From a virus, in IMG/VR virus record IMGVR_UViG_3300021185_001231: a DNA stretch of 64,000 nt; one strand, written 5' to 3'. The notes below the pieces were generated by a model. That model was not told the origin of the DNA, searched no databases, and saw only the letters and a list, made by a program, of their open reading frames with translations. Positions 1-9,385 of the stretch are shown here, piece by piece. The translations under genes and the position numbers were made by a program. The stretch's first letter is position 1. The number at the start of each line of letters is the position of its first letter.

Positions 1-328
1 GATATTCTTTGAGTGTTCTACCTTCTAACTCATGGTTCTGAAATCCACCACGGAGTAGTTTGGGAAATGATTCTGCATATACTCGTTCGTCATAACATGT
101 GGGGTCGTCCATACCCATCCAGATATCCGGTTTCAATGTTGGGTAAGTTGTATTGATAGAGAGTACTGTCTTTCCTCCTCCCTTCAAAACATTTAGATCT
201 ACCTCGTTAAAGGAAGGTCCACACCCAACAAATATACCTACATTATGATTATTTTTATTATATACTGAATAATTCCTCCAAGTATCACCGTCGTGATACA
301 TAAGAGGGAGTCTTTCATTACTCTTCAT
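1..328 (-). CDS. DUF115/MptE-like Rossmann protein (Maf/glycosyltransferase-related), partial, runs off the window; missed by ORF track
   Basis: Manual translation from ATG at 328: MKSNERLPLMYHDGDTWRNYSVYNKNNHNVGIFVGCGPSFNEVDLNVLKGGGKTVLSINTTYPTLKPDIWMGMDDP...; GxGPS, SIN and PDxWxxxD pattern; open to base 1. Confidence 0.6.
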   Translation of the reverse strand, partial: MKSNERLPLMYHDGDTWRNYSVYNKNNHNVGIFVGCGPSFNEVDLNVLKGGGKTVLSINTTYPTLKPDIWMGMDDPTCYDERVYAESFPKLLRGGFQNHELEGRTLKEY

Positions 329-956
329 CAATGAACCACCCCGATATAGCGAGTCTAGGTCTTGGTGCATATTCGGTAACTTCAGAAACAAAATTCTTTT
401 TTGTATTTTTATCAACTTCCATAATCAATAGGTCTCCCCAGCCGGGAACATATGTCTGAAATCCTATATCATTTTCTAGATGAAATAGTCCCCCATATTC
501 TGGTCTCCAATCCCAAGAAAGGTGAAAGGTAAATTCTACACCAGACTTATCCTTTTTATGTAGTCCTAAAAAGTCTTTTGGATAATATACTGAAGTGAAT
601 GACTCTTTAAGAACTGGATTGGTGAGGCTAGTCTCCTTTATCAGTAAATCTTTAAAACTTTTTGACATAAGTACATTTTTTGTAAACTCACATTCCCAAC
701 AAGTACAACCTTTCACATGTGTATTAGTTTTATGAAACCTATATGCAAATTTTCCATTTATTATAGTATTACGAATAGAATTTTCATTGTCAAATATTTT
801 ACGATAACCACTAATATTCAACGGTAAGTGTAGGGGTTTATTCGTGTTATCGTGATTTAATGTTAGTTCGAACCAATTGGATGGATTAGAATCTATAGAA
901 CATGCCAAATCCCATGCGTGATCTTGGGCAAGAAAATTTTTGTATATTTTATACAT
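318..956 (-). CDS. 2OG-Fe(II) oxygenase superfamily protein (prolyl-hydroxylase-like), metal triad apparently degenerate
   Basis: YxPxDFLxxH, WDWRPEYGGL and RPRLAISGWF motifs; also HxxxCxCxxC. Confidence 0.75.
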   Translation of the reverse strand: MYKIYKNFLAQDHAWDLACSIDSNPSNWFELTLNHDNTNKPLHLPLNISGYRKIFDNENSIRNTIINGKFAYRFHKTNTHVKGCTCWECEFTKNVLMSKSFKDLLIKETSLTNPVLKESFTSVYYPKDFLGLHKKDKSGVEFTFHLSWDWRPEYGGLFHLENDIGFQTYVPGWGDLLIMEVDKNTKKNFVSEVTEYAPRPRLAISGWFIDEE

Positions 957-969
957 TATATTATTCCAT

Positions 970-995
970 AAAAAAGGAGGACATGAGTCCCCCTT
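970..995 (-). terminator. Rho-independent terminator after collagen fibre gene
   Basis: Minus strand AAGGGGGAC-TCAT-GTCCTCCTT followed by T run. Confidence 0.7.
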
Positions 996-1016
996 CTAAA
1001 AAATTACTCATAAAGA

Positions 1017-1024
1017 TATTTATA
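1017..1024 (-). promoter_or_regulatory. Possible T4-type late promoter overlapping the collagen gene stop codon
   Basis: TATAAATA on minus strand; lies upstream of a terminator, so may be coincidental. Confidence 0.35.
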
Positions 1025-3254
1025 GTTTTCCTAAACGAACTCTTACGTTGCTATTCGAATCGAGTATCTGGATGTTGTCTCCATAAAATCTTAGTCCAGA
1101 TCCATCACCTTCCAAAGCATCTAATATAGCATCTAGACTCAGTACCCCACCATTAGAATTTAAATTTGTAAAAGCTAAATTTGCGTTTGGAGTATAACTA
1201 CTAGTTCCTTGATACTGATATACTGTACCAGTTTGTATATGCCAATATACATCATTATTCAGTACCTCAGATGTTCCACGAAACTGTCTTATAAGATCCG
1301 CTTTAGTAGTACCATAAACATCGTGATTAACTGTACTGTCAGTATCAAATACAATAGCGTTGCCCGCAGCTCCCATAGGACCGGATGGACCTATGGTTCC
1401 GGTCAATCCCTGAGAACCTTGAGGTCCTACTGTACCTCTAGGTCCTTGAGAACCTTGAGATCCTTGAACGCCAGTAGCGCCAGAAGGCCCTTGTGGTCCT
1501 ATTGTACCCCTAGGTCCTTGAGAACCTTGAGGTCCTACTGTACCTCTGAGTCCAGATGGGCCAATACTACCCCTAGGTCCTTGAGAACCTTGAGGTCCTA
1601 CTGTACCTCGGGTCCCTTGCGGCCCCTGAGTTCCTCTAGGTCCTTGAGAACCTTGAGATCCTTGAACGCCAGTAGCGCCAGAAGGCCCTTGTGGTCCTAT
1701 TGTACCCCTAGGTCCTTGAGAACCTTGGACACCAGTAGCACCAGAAGGCCCTTGTGGTCCTATTGTACCTCTTGGTCCGATAGAACCTTGAGGTCCCTGA
1801 GAACCTCGAATACCTTGAGTACCCCTCGGTCCCTGAGAACCTTGAGGACCAACACTACCTCTAACACCCTGAGAACCTTGTGGACCTATTGTACCTCTAG
1901 GGCCGGATGGTCCTACTATACCTCTGACACCTTGAGAACCTTGTGGACCAGACGGACCTCTTGGACCAGACGGACCTATTGTACCTTGAGGTCCTATAGT
2001 ACCTCTGATACCCTGAGAACCTCTTGGTCCGATAGAACCTTCCGGGCCCTGAGTTCCTTGCGGACCAATAGTACCTCTTATACCTTGAATACCTCTCGGT
2101 CCAGATGGGCCCTGTGATCCTATTGTGCCTTGGGGACCTTGAGTGCCCTGTGAACCACGCGGGCCCGAAGTTCCAGCTAGTCCTGTAGGACCTTGAATAC
2201 CTTGGGGACCAGATGGACCCTGAATACCTGTTAAACCAATCGTACCTTTAGGGCCTGTACTGCCTATAGGACCTTGAGAACCACGCGAACCTCTATCACC
2301 TTTCGATCCTTGAGGTCCAGAAAATCCTCTAGGACCTATTGAACCACGCGGACCTATAGTTCCCTGAATACCATTAGAACCTTCTGGACCCTGAGTCCCG
2401 ACTGGTCCTTGATCGCCTGTCGGTCCTTGAATACCTTGAGTTCCTTGAGGACCTTGAGTGCCGGATAATCCAGACGGACCTCGGATTCCCGTAGGACCCT
2501 GAATACCTTGAGTACCTTGAGGCCCCTGAGTACCTTGTAGACCTCTAGGTCCCTGTGTTCCGGACAGACCTGAAGGACCTTGAATACCTTGGGTACCTAC
2601 TGGACCTTGGGTTCCTACTGGTCCTTGAGTTCCTCTGGGACCTTGAATACCTTGGGTACCTTTAGGTCCCTGAGTTCCCGACAGACCAGAAGGACCTTGA
2701 TCACCCGTAGGACCTTGAATACCTTGGGTACCTACTGGACCTTGGGTTCCTACTGGTCCTTGAGTTCCTCTGGGACCTTGAATACCTTGGGTACCTACTG
2801 GACCTTGAGTTCCTATGGGACCTTGTATCCCTGTAGGACCTTGAATACCTTGAGAGCCCTGTAGTCCTTGAGTACCTGTAAGTCCTCTAGGACCAGTCGG
2901 GCCCATAGGACCAGTTCCTCCTGTAGATCCAGCGACACCGATAATAGTAGGTTCACTCCAAGTATCTGTCACAGGGTCCCCATTATTTGGATTTCCGACT
3001 ATACTTCGTCTACATTCCCACAATATAGGAAAGGCAGAACTCAGACTTTCTCCATTTGTTGTCCATACAACACTGTCCACACCGCCATTCGGTGATGGAT
3101 AACCATAAGTCCATGAATCACTAGGAAGTTGTGATGATAGGAAGTCCGATGCTTCGGATATAGTATTTACAGTTCTGGTGTAAATAGATTCATATCCAGA
3201 AGCATCATTTATGTCTGTAAAGGTTATAGACTGTGAGGCTCTTATACTTGCCAT
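1020..3254 (-). CDS. Collagen-like tail fibre protein
   Basis: 176 consecutive Gly-X-Y triplets between globular N- and C-domains; C-terminus ...DSNSNVRVRLGKL; downstream of baseplate genes. Confidence 0.85.
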   Translation of the reverse strand: MASIRASQSITFTDINDASGYESIYTRTVNTISEASDFLSSQLPSDSWTYGYPSPNGGVDSVVWTTNGESLSSAFPILWECRRSIVGNPNNGDPVTDTWSEPTIIGVAGSTGGTGPMGPTGPRGLTGTQGLQGSQGIQGPTGIQGPIGTQGPVGTQGIQGPRGTQGPVGTQGPVGTQGIQGPTGDQGPSGLSGTQGPKGTQGIQGPRGTQGPVGTQGPVGTQGIQGPSGLSGTQGPRGLQGTQGPQGTQGIQGPTGIRGPSGLSGTQGPQGTQGIQGPTGDQGPVGTQGPEGSNGIQGTIGPRGSIGPRGFSGPQGSKGDRGSRGSQGPIGSTGPKGTIGLTGIQGPSGPQGIQGPTGLAGTSGPRGSQGTQGPQGTIGSQGPSGPRGIQGIRGTIGPQGTQGPEGSIGPRGSQGIRGTIGPQGTIGPSGPRGPSGPQGSQGVRGIVGPSGPRGTIGPQGSQGVRGSVGPQGSQGPRGTQGIRGSQGPQGSIGPRGTIGPQGPSGATGVQGSQGPRGTIGPQGPSGATGVQGSQGSQGPRGTQGPQGTRGTVGPQGSQGPRGSIGPSGLRGTVGPQGSQGPRGTIGPQGPSGATGVQGSQGSQGPRGTVGPQGSQGLTGTIGPSGPMGAAGNAIVFDTDSTVNHDVYGTTKADLIRQFRGTSEVLNNDVYWHIQTGTVYQYQGTSSYTPNANLAFTNLNSNGGVLSLDAILDALEGDGSGLRFYGDNIQILDSNSNVRVRLGKL
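1356..2939 (-). repeat. Gly-X-Y coding repeat with internal block duplications
   Basis: 9-nt periodicity; identical blocks at ~1435-1529/1633-1727 and ~2574-2661/2709-2796. Confidence 0.9.
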
Positions 3255-3281
3255 TTTACTTCCTACTAATTAACTTACTTA

Positions 3282-4499
3282 TTACGGTGTAGTTACGATA
3301 ACATTACAACGAATACTGATTGGCGCGCCAGTATCCGGAATATCAGAAGGACCAACGATTACTTGATTAGTATTAATTTCACTTGCACTAGTACTTCCGT
3401 TAGCTGAACGTCTTACAGGACTTCCACCCGAACCCAGAGGAGCTCCTGAAGCATCTGTCTGAACTTCTAGATTTGAATTTCCTACGTAGACTTGTTCTCC
3501 AGTTATCCATTCCCAATCATGTTTGACTAAAACTCCACCAACACCATCACTGATCTGAGCACCATCATTTGCATCATAAACTTTTGCTGTCAATGTTACT
3601 GGATTACCTGAGTTATTCCGGAATACTACTGGATTATCTGCTTCTATTTCAACGTATACTGCGGCACGACCAGAACGAACTTTACTAAATGTTACAGCAT
3701 CCTTACCCTGTTCGCCACTTACACGAACTGTTAATGTCGCATTAGAGTCTCCAATATTTTCTGGTTTAATCTCCAATCTAGCACCAGATACGGCAGTGGT
3801 GGGTAAAGATCCTGTAGAGAATGAACCAGTGTGGTCGGTATCGTATCCACCAATACCACCAGCACCATTCGAAGTTGCGGTTTGTGTTGACCATGCTCCA
3901 CCGTCTAACGCTGTCTCATAGGTGAGAGTGCCTGGACTACCGGCAATATCAAATAGAATAGTACTATTATTCTGACTTCCTAGTAAAACACCATCCGCAT
4001 CCGCAGAGAAGATTTGACTAGAAGGTACAAGACTGATAATTGTACCACCAGCACCATCCTGAATACGGTTGACTGAAAGTGATAAATCAAAAGATCCAGT
4101 AGTTCCATTGTTACTATATGTAACTGGTATTAGGATAGTAGCTGAAGATGGAGTACCGATAGCATCAGCGTATATAACACCAGCGCCTTTGAGTACTCCA
4201 CTACCTATGTCGGTTCCGTTGGCTTGTGATACAAGGAATTCCCAACCACTTACCGTGTTAATGGAGCCAATACTAAACTGCCCTTCTGAAGGAGAGGCAC
4301 TTGTTGTGAATGTCTGCTCAGTACCACCAATAAATACTTTTACAGAACATGAAAAATCGCGTCTTGTCCCATCAGATACTACACCCACATCATTAGCTGC
4401 AAAGGTATGATTCTCATTTGTCAAGAACGCAGTTACGGAACTTTGACCATCGGCCAAGTCCGTGAAAGTTATGGCGGCCGTTGCCGTTCTAATTGCCAT
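3282..4499 (-). CDS. Tail fibre-associated structural protein (beta-rich, Ig-like modules)
   Basis: S/T/G-rich; N-terminus (AAITFTDLADG) paralogous to that of the collagen fibre; context. Confidence 0.65.
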   Translation of the reverse strand: MAIRTATAAITFTDLADGQSSVTAFLTNENHTFAANDVGVVSDGTRRDFSCSVKVFIGGTEQTFTTSASPSEGQFSIGSINTVSGWEFLVSQANGTDIGSGVLKGAGVIYADAIGTPSSATILIPVTYSNNGTTGSFDLSLSVNRIQDGAGGTIISLVPSSQIFSADADGVLLGSQNNSTILFDIAGSPGTLTYETALDGGAWSTQTATSNGAGGIGGYDTDHTGSFSTGSLPTTAVSGARLEIKPENIGDSNATLTVRVSGEQGKDAVTFSKVRSGRAAVYVEIEADNPVVFRNNSGNPVTLTAKVYDANDGAQISDGVGGVLVKHDWEWITGEQVYVGNSNLEVQTDASGAPLGSGGSPVRRSANGSTSASEINTNQVIVGPSDIPDTGAPISIRCNVIVTTP

Positions 4500-4501
4500 T
4501 A

Positions 4502-5398
4502 TTAATCCTCTTGTTTATCGTTAATTGTTAATTGCAAAGGTAGGGTACCTGAATTGGGAACCGCCTGAGCTTCTATGAATATAGATTTTAATTCTCCGTT
4601 AGGAAAATTGTCCGTGACCCCAGAGTTGGTGGCAGGAACGCCATACCCTATGGGACATGTACCATCAGACCCTACTGTGACAATATTACCGTCAATGTGA
4701 GAGACATATCGCGTTGTTTCATGGACACAGACAGGTACTCCATCATTAGTCCATTCATAATCAAATTCCTTATAGTCGTTCGACGATATTTCTGTACCGT
4801 CAGATGTTATAAATGCTTTTATTTCTGTTTGACCTGTATCATTACGAAAGATGACTCCGTTAGTGGCCAATATATCAACTTCTAGATTAGGTAACCCACG
4901 GTCATAAGCTAATACTGGATCTGACCAATCAGATACTTCTATGATCTTGGTTATATCATTGGAAGTGACCACAACTCGTATTAGGAAAACATATCTTCCT
5001 GTAGTGGGAAGATCAAAACCCCAACCATTAAAATCTGTACTTATCGTATTAGTTACAAATAAAGATCCAGTTTCAAAGTTATATGTTGTAGAAACATTAA
5101 TATCTTGATCACTAGGAAGATCGGATTGATCATAACTTTTATACAATAGTATATTAACACTTCCTCCGTCAGGATCTATATTCGACAATTGAGAAGTTAT
5201 TTCGTCTTCTACGAGTTGTTGAAGTTCTCCGGTAGTTAGGCCTCCGCCGCCACCTCCACCACCTCCGGTAAGTGTGATAAGGTTATATAGGTTATATAGT
5301 TCCGCAAAGTTGTCATTAATTTTCTGACTTGCATTACGGAGAGTATCTCCCTGTCCGTCGTTCGCAGCACCACCAGTATTAAGAATTTGTCTAGACAT
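4502..5398 (-). CDS. gp9: Baseplate tail-fibre connector with T4 gp9/gp10-like N-terminal domain
   Basis: N-terminal 'NTGGAANDGQGDTLRNASQKINDNFAELY' is the gp9/gp10 attachment motif; Gly9 hinge. Confidence 0.65.
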   Translation of the reverse strand: MSRQILNTGGAANDGQGDTLRNASQKINDNFAELYNLYNLITLTGGGGGGGGGLTTGELQQLVEDEITSQLSNIDPDGGSVNILLYKSYDQSDLPSDQDINVSTTYNFETGSLFVTNTISTDFNGWGFDLPTTGRYVFLIRVVVTSNDITKIIEVSDWSDPVLAYDRGLPNLEVDILATNGVIFRNDTGQTEIKAFITSDGTEISSNDYKEFDYEWTNDGVPVCVHETTRYVSHIDGNIVTVGSDGTCPIGYGVPATNSGVTDNFPNGELKSIFIEAQAVPNSGTLPLQLTINDKQED

Positions 5399-5422
5399 TA
5401 GAGTCCTCGTAAGTAGTCTCTG

Positions 5423-5430
5423 TATTTATA
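5423..5430 (-). promoter_or_regulatory. T4-type late promoter
   Basis: TATAAATA about 25 nt upstream of gp9-like start. Confidence 0.75.
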
Positions 5431-5433
5431 AAT

Positions 5434-6441
5434 TTACAAATAGTCATCGTCATCTAAGGTCTGATATTCCGAGGATAGTGATAATGTTCCATTATCTAAA
5501 GTCCTTGGGGTAACTCCAGCCCAATCCCCGATAGTTCCTTTAATAATTATAGAACTACCATTAGAATCTATCATCGTTGTAGAGAATACATCTTGAATTT
5601 GTTGTAATGTTATATCTTTATATCTTTCTAATGTCTCTAGAGAACTAATCACTATCCCTTCAGCGTTAGCTCTTTGATCACTATCTCTGGCATCCACAGA
5701 ATCCGTTTCTTCCATAGTTAGTAGAGAATATAGAGGAGCGAATGATGACCTGACCATACTTCCTTGAACAACAACCGCGTAGTTTGGAGCCTCTAATGGA
5801 TCAGTTCCTATACCAGCAAAAAAACCCATAGAAGCAACTTCTTGAACTTCTACTTCTGATGATAAATGCCATCCGGCTGGGTGTACCATCCTTTTATAAA
5901 AGTCTTCATACTCACTAAAAGCTATTCCAGTTTTTAAAAGAATAGAAAATATTTGATATTTCTTATCATCTTGAATATACTTTAAAGCTTGAGGTCCTAT
6001 TAAAGAACCGCCGGGTTTATCATTTAAAATAAATATATCTTCTTTTGGATATGATACATCCACATCCTCATTAAAAAATGCTTTGAAGAATTGTTCTACC
6101 GATAATTGAGTTCCCTTATTCCTATAGAAATTAGATAGGAGTCTAGTCATCAATCTAGGATTCTGATAGAAAGAAGAAGATTCTAATCCTTCACTTATCT
6201 CACCTATCAACAAATCGAGAGTACTTAATTCAGCATTAGATATGTTTCTTATACCAAACAAACTGTGGATTTGATCATCATATGAAACACTTCCGTCTTC
6301 TCCGGTATACTCATAGTACTTCTCTAGGAAAGTAATAAGTCTGGGATACTCTGTCTGAAAGAACTCAGGCAATACCTGAGTGACCTGACTTCTATGGAAG
6401 TTAGGGTCAGACCTATACTGACTGTTAATCAAGTTCAACAT
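5434..6441 (-). CDS. Baseplate wedge subunit (gp7-like)
   Basis: LPEFFQTEYPRLITFLEKYY, FYRNKGT and VHPAG motifs; follows gp6. Confidence 0.7.
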   Translation of the reverse strand: MLNLINSQYRSDPNFHRSQVTQVLPEFFQTEYPRLITFLEKYYEYTGEDGSVSYDDQIHSLFGIRNISNAELSTLDLLIGEISEGLESSSFYQNPRLMTRLLSNFYRNKGTQLSVEQFFKAFFNEDVDVSYPKEDIFILNDKPGGSLIGPQALKYIQDDKKYQIFSILLKTGIAFSEYEDFYKRMVHPAGWHLSSEVEVQEVASMGFFAGIGTDPLEAPNYAVVVQGSMVRSSFAPLYSLLTMEETDSVDARDSDQRANAEGIVISSLETLERYKDITLQQIQDVFSTTMIDSNGSSIIIKGTIGDWAGVTPRTLDNGTLSLSSEYQTLDDDDYL

Positions 6442-8330
6442 TATAAACTAATCCTAGACGACCCAATATCAATATGACCTATGGTGGAAGAGAAATCCTC
6501 ATCTAAAGTAATTATATAATTTCTTAATGGACTGATAGTACTTTGATTCGCTGGAGTTGCGGATATTTTTATTCCTGTTCCCACATAACCCGACTTATCA
6601 ACTCGCAAAGAACTTAACTTAACTGTGGCTGTATTGGGTTCATAGTAACCTACATTAGGAGACTTAACAATACCATTTAGATCTAGTAGTTGTAATTTGG
6701 TACTGCCCAGTTCATTTTTTATAGTAACATCTATTCCATTAGACTTAAATACGGATGATGTAACTGTGTGGTCATCCTTATCTGGAGTAGCCAACAACAC
6801 TGGGAAACTGATAGTATGATCTTGTTCCACATAGGTTAATATTGGTAACTGAGTAACGCCAGACACAGCATTGAATTCGTTCTTTGCAGTTTCTATTTCT
6901 GAGATGATAGAATCCATATCAATTCTTTGTTGTATGCGCACAGACATCTTAGAGTTAATGATTGCGGTAGACAACTGATCTATTTGAGTTAACAAATTAC
7001 TTCTACGGAATACTTTATCAAAAGAAGTCAAGTTATCCTCAAAGTATTGTTCTATGAAATCATCAATAGTATTTTGTAAGGATGCCGCAGGCAAAGATGT
7101 TTTTACTGGGTCAATGTTAAATACTGTTTGTAATTCTAAGAAAGTTTCCCTAGGTTCAACAAACTCTGTGTTAATAGACATAATCGAAAGATTGGAAGTT
7201 AACTGACTATGAATTTGATTCTTAACGTCAGTTTTTGTAGCTTCAGATACTCCAGTTAAAAAGTTCAATGCGACAAATACCTTTCCGTATTCGGGAGGAA
7301 CATTATCATTACCCCCCCAAGTAGTTACATCCTTTACGTAACCACTATAGTTACGTGAGATCAATGCAGTATAATCATTCGCAGTAACAAGTCTATTCTG
7401 TGCACTGTAGGTCCTAGGAGCATTTAATTTGATTGATTCTATAGATTCTTTTTCGTCTCCACCAGCTGAGGGGGATACCATAACAGGATTCAAAACAATG
7501 CCAGTATCTACTACATATGCAGTCGAGAAACTCTGTGCTCCGTTTGCCTCTGCGCCTGACGTAGAGATATAAGTAACTTCTATTCTATTATCTGCAGCGG
7601 GTCCAGTACCCAAAACATTTCCATCACTAAAGAATAATTCATAGTAACCATTAGACGCTTCGCGAATGATGTACACTCTAGAGTTATCCGTAATAGAAGA
7701 CACGGTATTTATTTCGTTGTACTCTTGGAAAGTACCTGACAGATAGTTATCATATACACGAACTTCCATAGTCGAAGTATCTATAGAGGTGTCTGGTATT
7801 ACATACACGGAATCATCATTAACACTACCCACAATAAATGACTTAGTCTTGCTGCGACCCTCTTTAAGTTGCAACTCAGTAGAACCCCCTATAGTCTGAA
7901 ATACATAGTCATCATTAACATCTTTAGTTGCAGAAAATTCTTCGGTAGAAAAGAAAGAATATACACTCTCATCTACGGTTCCGGTGAACTCTGTATTTTT
8001 AGGGATAGTTAGAGTTGCCGGTGAGGTCGTACTTGTAAGGGATATAGACACCGCACCTGTAGCCGAAGTCTTGGACCTAGGAGAATAACCTAATGTCTCT
8101 GCATGAGATACCGCAGAAGAACGCAGTTGTGAAGAACTCAGAAAAGATTCATTGACTGCCATATTAGCAATCAGACCATTGATATGAGTATTGTGCGCTA
8201 ACACGTCTAGTAGGTTAGACAGACCACTCGCACCGAAGTCATAATCTTGAAACTCAGATTGCTGTTTTAAGTAGGTCTGTAGTTGAGATTTAATCTGAAA
8301 GAAATCCAACTCGGAGTTCTGTATAGCCAT
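6441..8330 (-). CDS. gp6: Baseplate wedge subunit gp6
   Basis: ELDFFQIKxxL...FQDYDF.ASGL, AQNRLVTANDY, PPEYGKVF. Confidence 0.92.
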   Translation of the reverse strand: MAIQNSELDFFQIKSQLQTYLKQQSEFQDYDFGASGLSNLLDVLAHNTHINGLIANMAVNESFLSSSQLRSSAVSHAETLGYSPRSKTSATGAVSISLTSTTSPATLTIPKNTEFTGTVDESVYSFFSTEEFSATKDVNDDYVFQTIGGSTELQLKEGRSKTKSFIVGSVNDDSVYVIPDTSIDTSTMEVRVYDNYLSGTFQEYNEINTVSSITDNSRVYIIREASNGYYELFFSDGNVLGTGPAADNRIEVTYISTSGAEANGAQSFSTAYVVDTGIVLNPVMVSPSAGGDEKESIESIKLNAPRTYSAQNRLVTANDYTALISRNYSGYVKDVTTWGGNDNVPPEYGKVFVALNFLTGVSEATKTDVKNQIHSQLTSNLSIMSINTEFVEPRETFLELQTVFNIDPVKTSLPAASLQNTIDDFIEQYFEDNLTSFDKVFRRSNLLTQIDQLSTAIINSKMSVRIQQRIDMDSIISEIETAKNEFNAVSGVTQLPILTYVEQDHTISFPVLLATPDKDDHTVTSSVFKSNGIDVTIKNELGSTKLQLLDLNGIVKSPNVGYYEPNTATVKLSSLRVDKSGYVGTGIKISATPANQSTISPLRNYIITLDEDFSSTIGHIDIGSSRISL

Positions 8331-8771
8331 TTATCTATTCCTTGCAATATTAACATTCAATGTAACAACTCTTTGTACGCTTACTACCGAAAAAGTTATT
8401 GTTACATCAATCGAATTATAGTCGGGTCTTAATACACTCTTAATAGTTCTTATTGTTGCTCTAGGTTCGTATGCATTTATAGCATAACGAATATTATCTT
8501 CAATGTCCGAAGACACGGGTTCTGTAGAAAGAGAGAACAATAGATCTTGTAGGTTACCACCCATCAAAGGTCTGTATGGAATCTCACCGTGATTAGTCAT
8601 CAATAGATTCTTTACGGACTGAAACACCGCAGCTGCATCTGTCTTCTTATACAGATCACCGGATGGTTTAGGTTCGAATGAACAGTCTATATCCGAGTAT
8701 GTACGAGAGATAGATGTAGTAATCGGCCTCTTAGATAGGTTACCATCTTGTAACGAAAATATTTTTGCCAT
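8331..8771 (-). CDS. gp25: Baseplate wedge subunit gp25
   Basis: AVFQSVKNLLMTNHGEIPYRPLMG, YEPR motifs. Confidence 0.92.
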   Translation of the reverse strand: MAKIFSLQDGNLSKRPITTSISRTYSDIDCSFEPKPSGDLYKKTDAAAVFQSVKNLLMTNHGEIPYRPLMGGNLQDLLFSLSTEPVSSDIEDNIRYAINAYEPRATIRTIKSVLRPDYNSIDVTITFSVVSVQRVVTLNVNIARNR

Positions 8772-8792
8772 AGGGTTAAATTCCTCTAGTAC

Positions 8793-8800
8793 TATTTATA
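8793..8800 (-). promoter_or_regulatory. T4-type late promoter for gp25-gp6 operon
   Basis: TATAAATA upstream of gp25. Confidence 0.8.
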
Positions 8801-8845
8801 CAGATATAGTGACGATTTATTTTTTAATTTATTTGTAAAAAACGC

Positions 8846-8874
8846 TTGACAATTGATATAAAGTGTTGTATAAT
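8846..8874 (+). promoter_or_regulatory. Early sigma70-type promoter
   Basis: AAAACGC-TTGACA-N17-TATAAT. Confidence 0.9.
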
Positions 8875-8906
8875 ACTTGTATTGAGAATGAGAGAGAGAG
8901 ATAATA

Positions 8907-9071
8907 ATGAATTACAAAGTCGGTGAGAAAGTTTGGGTAAAGTGCGCTGGTACTGACACGTGGGTTATTGGTGTTGTTACTGGTAATACCGCTAAGAGAG
9001 TTAGAGTTTTTAACGAGTCTAGATCTGTCGAAGGTCTTTATGCTCCCAACAATGTAGAGAGGATTTTGTAA
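8907..9071 (+). CDS. Small SH3/KOW-like early protein (54 aa), missed by ORF track
   Basis: MNYKVGEKVWVKCAGTDTWVIGVVTGNTAKRVRVFNESRSVEGLYAPNNVERIL; (GA)n RBS; TAATG coupling to next gene. Confidence 0.8.
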   Translation: MNYKVGEKVWVKCAGTDTWVIGVVTGNTAKRVRVFNESRSVEGLYAPNNVERIL

Positions 9072-9301
9072 TGGAAGATTTAAAAAGAGTAATAGAGGAT
9101 TACATCCGAGAAGCTGTAGAACTTCCTGAGAATAGGAAACTTTCGGGTGATATCAATTGGAATCTAGTTGATGCAGATGTGTACAAACGTCTAAACCCAG
9201 TTAGAAACACCGTATCTCTATTCTACAAGTTGTTCGATGAGATCGCAACTGAGATAGAATACAATGACCAAATAACTAGGGACTACAAGAATCATGAGTA
9301 A
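9071..9301 (+). CDS. Hypothetical early protein
   Basis: ORF coupled to upstream gene. Confidence 0.7.
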   Translation: MEDLKRVIEDYIREAVELPENRKLSGDINWNLVDADVYKRLNPVRNTVSLFYKLFDEIATEIEYNDQITRDYKNHE

Positions 9302-9324
9302 ACAAAAATAAATGATGTAAACGC

Positions 9325-9353
9325 TTGCCAAAAGTTGCATGACATACTATAAT
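9325..9353 (+). promoter_or_regulatory. Early sigma70-type promoter
   Basis: AAACGC-TTGCCA-N17-TATAAT; leader shared with the 11633 promoter. Confidence 0.8.
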
Positions 9354-9385
9354 GGTTACATAAATTGATAAAGAGAGAGAGAAAT

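Noticed and set aside
1209-3095. + strand ORFs (302, 94 and 75 aa) over the collagen gene
   Set aside because: Antisense shadows of the 9-nt Gly-X-Y periodicity; no RBS or promoter.
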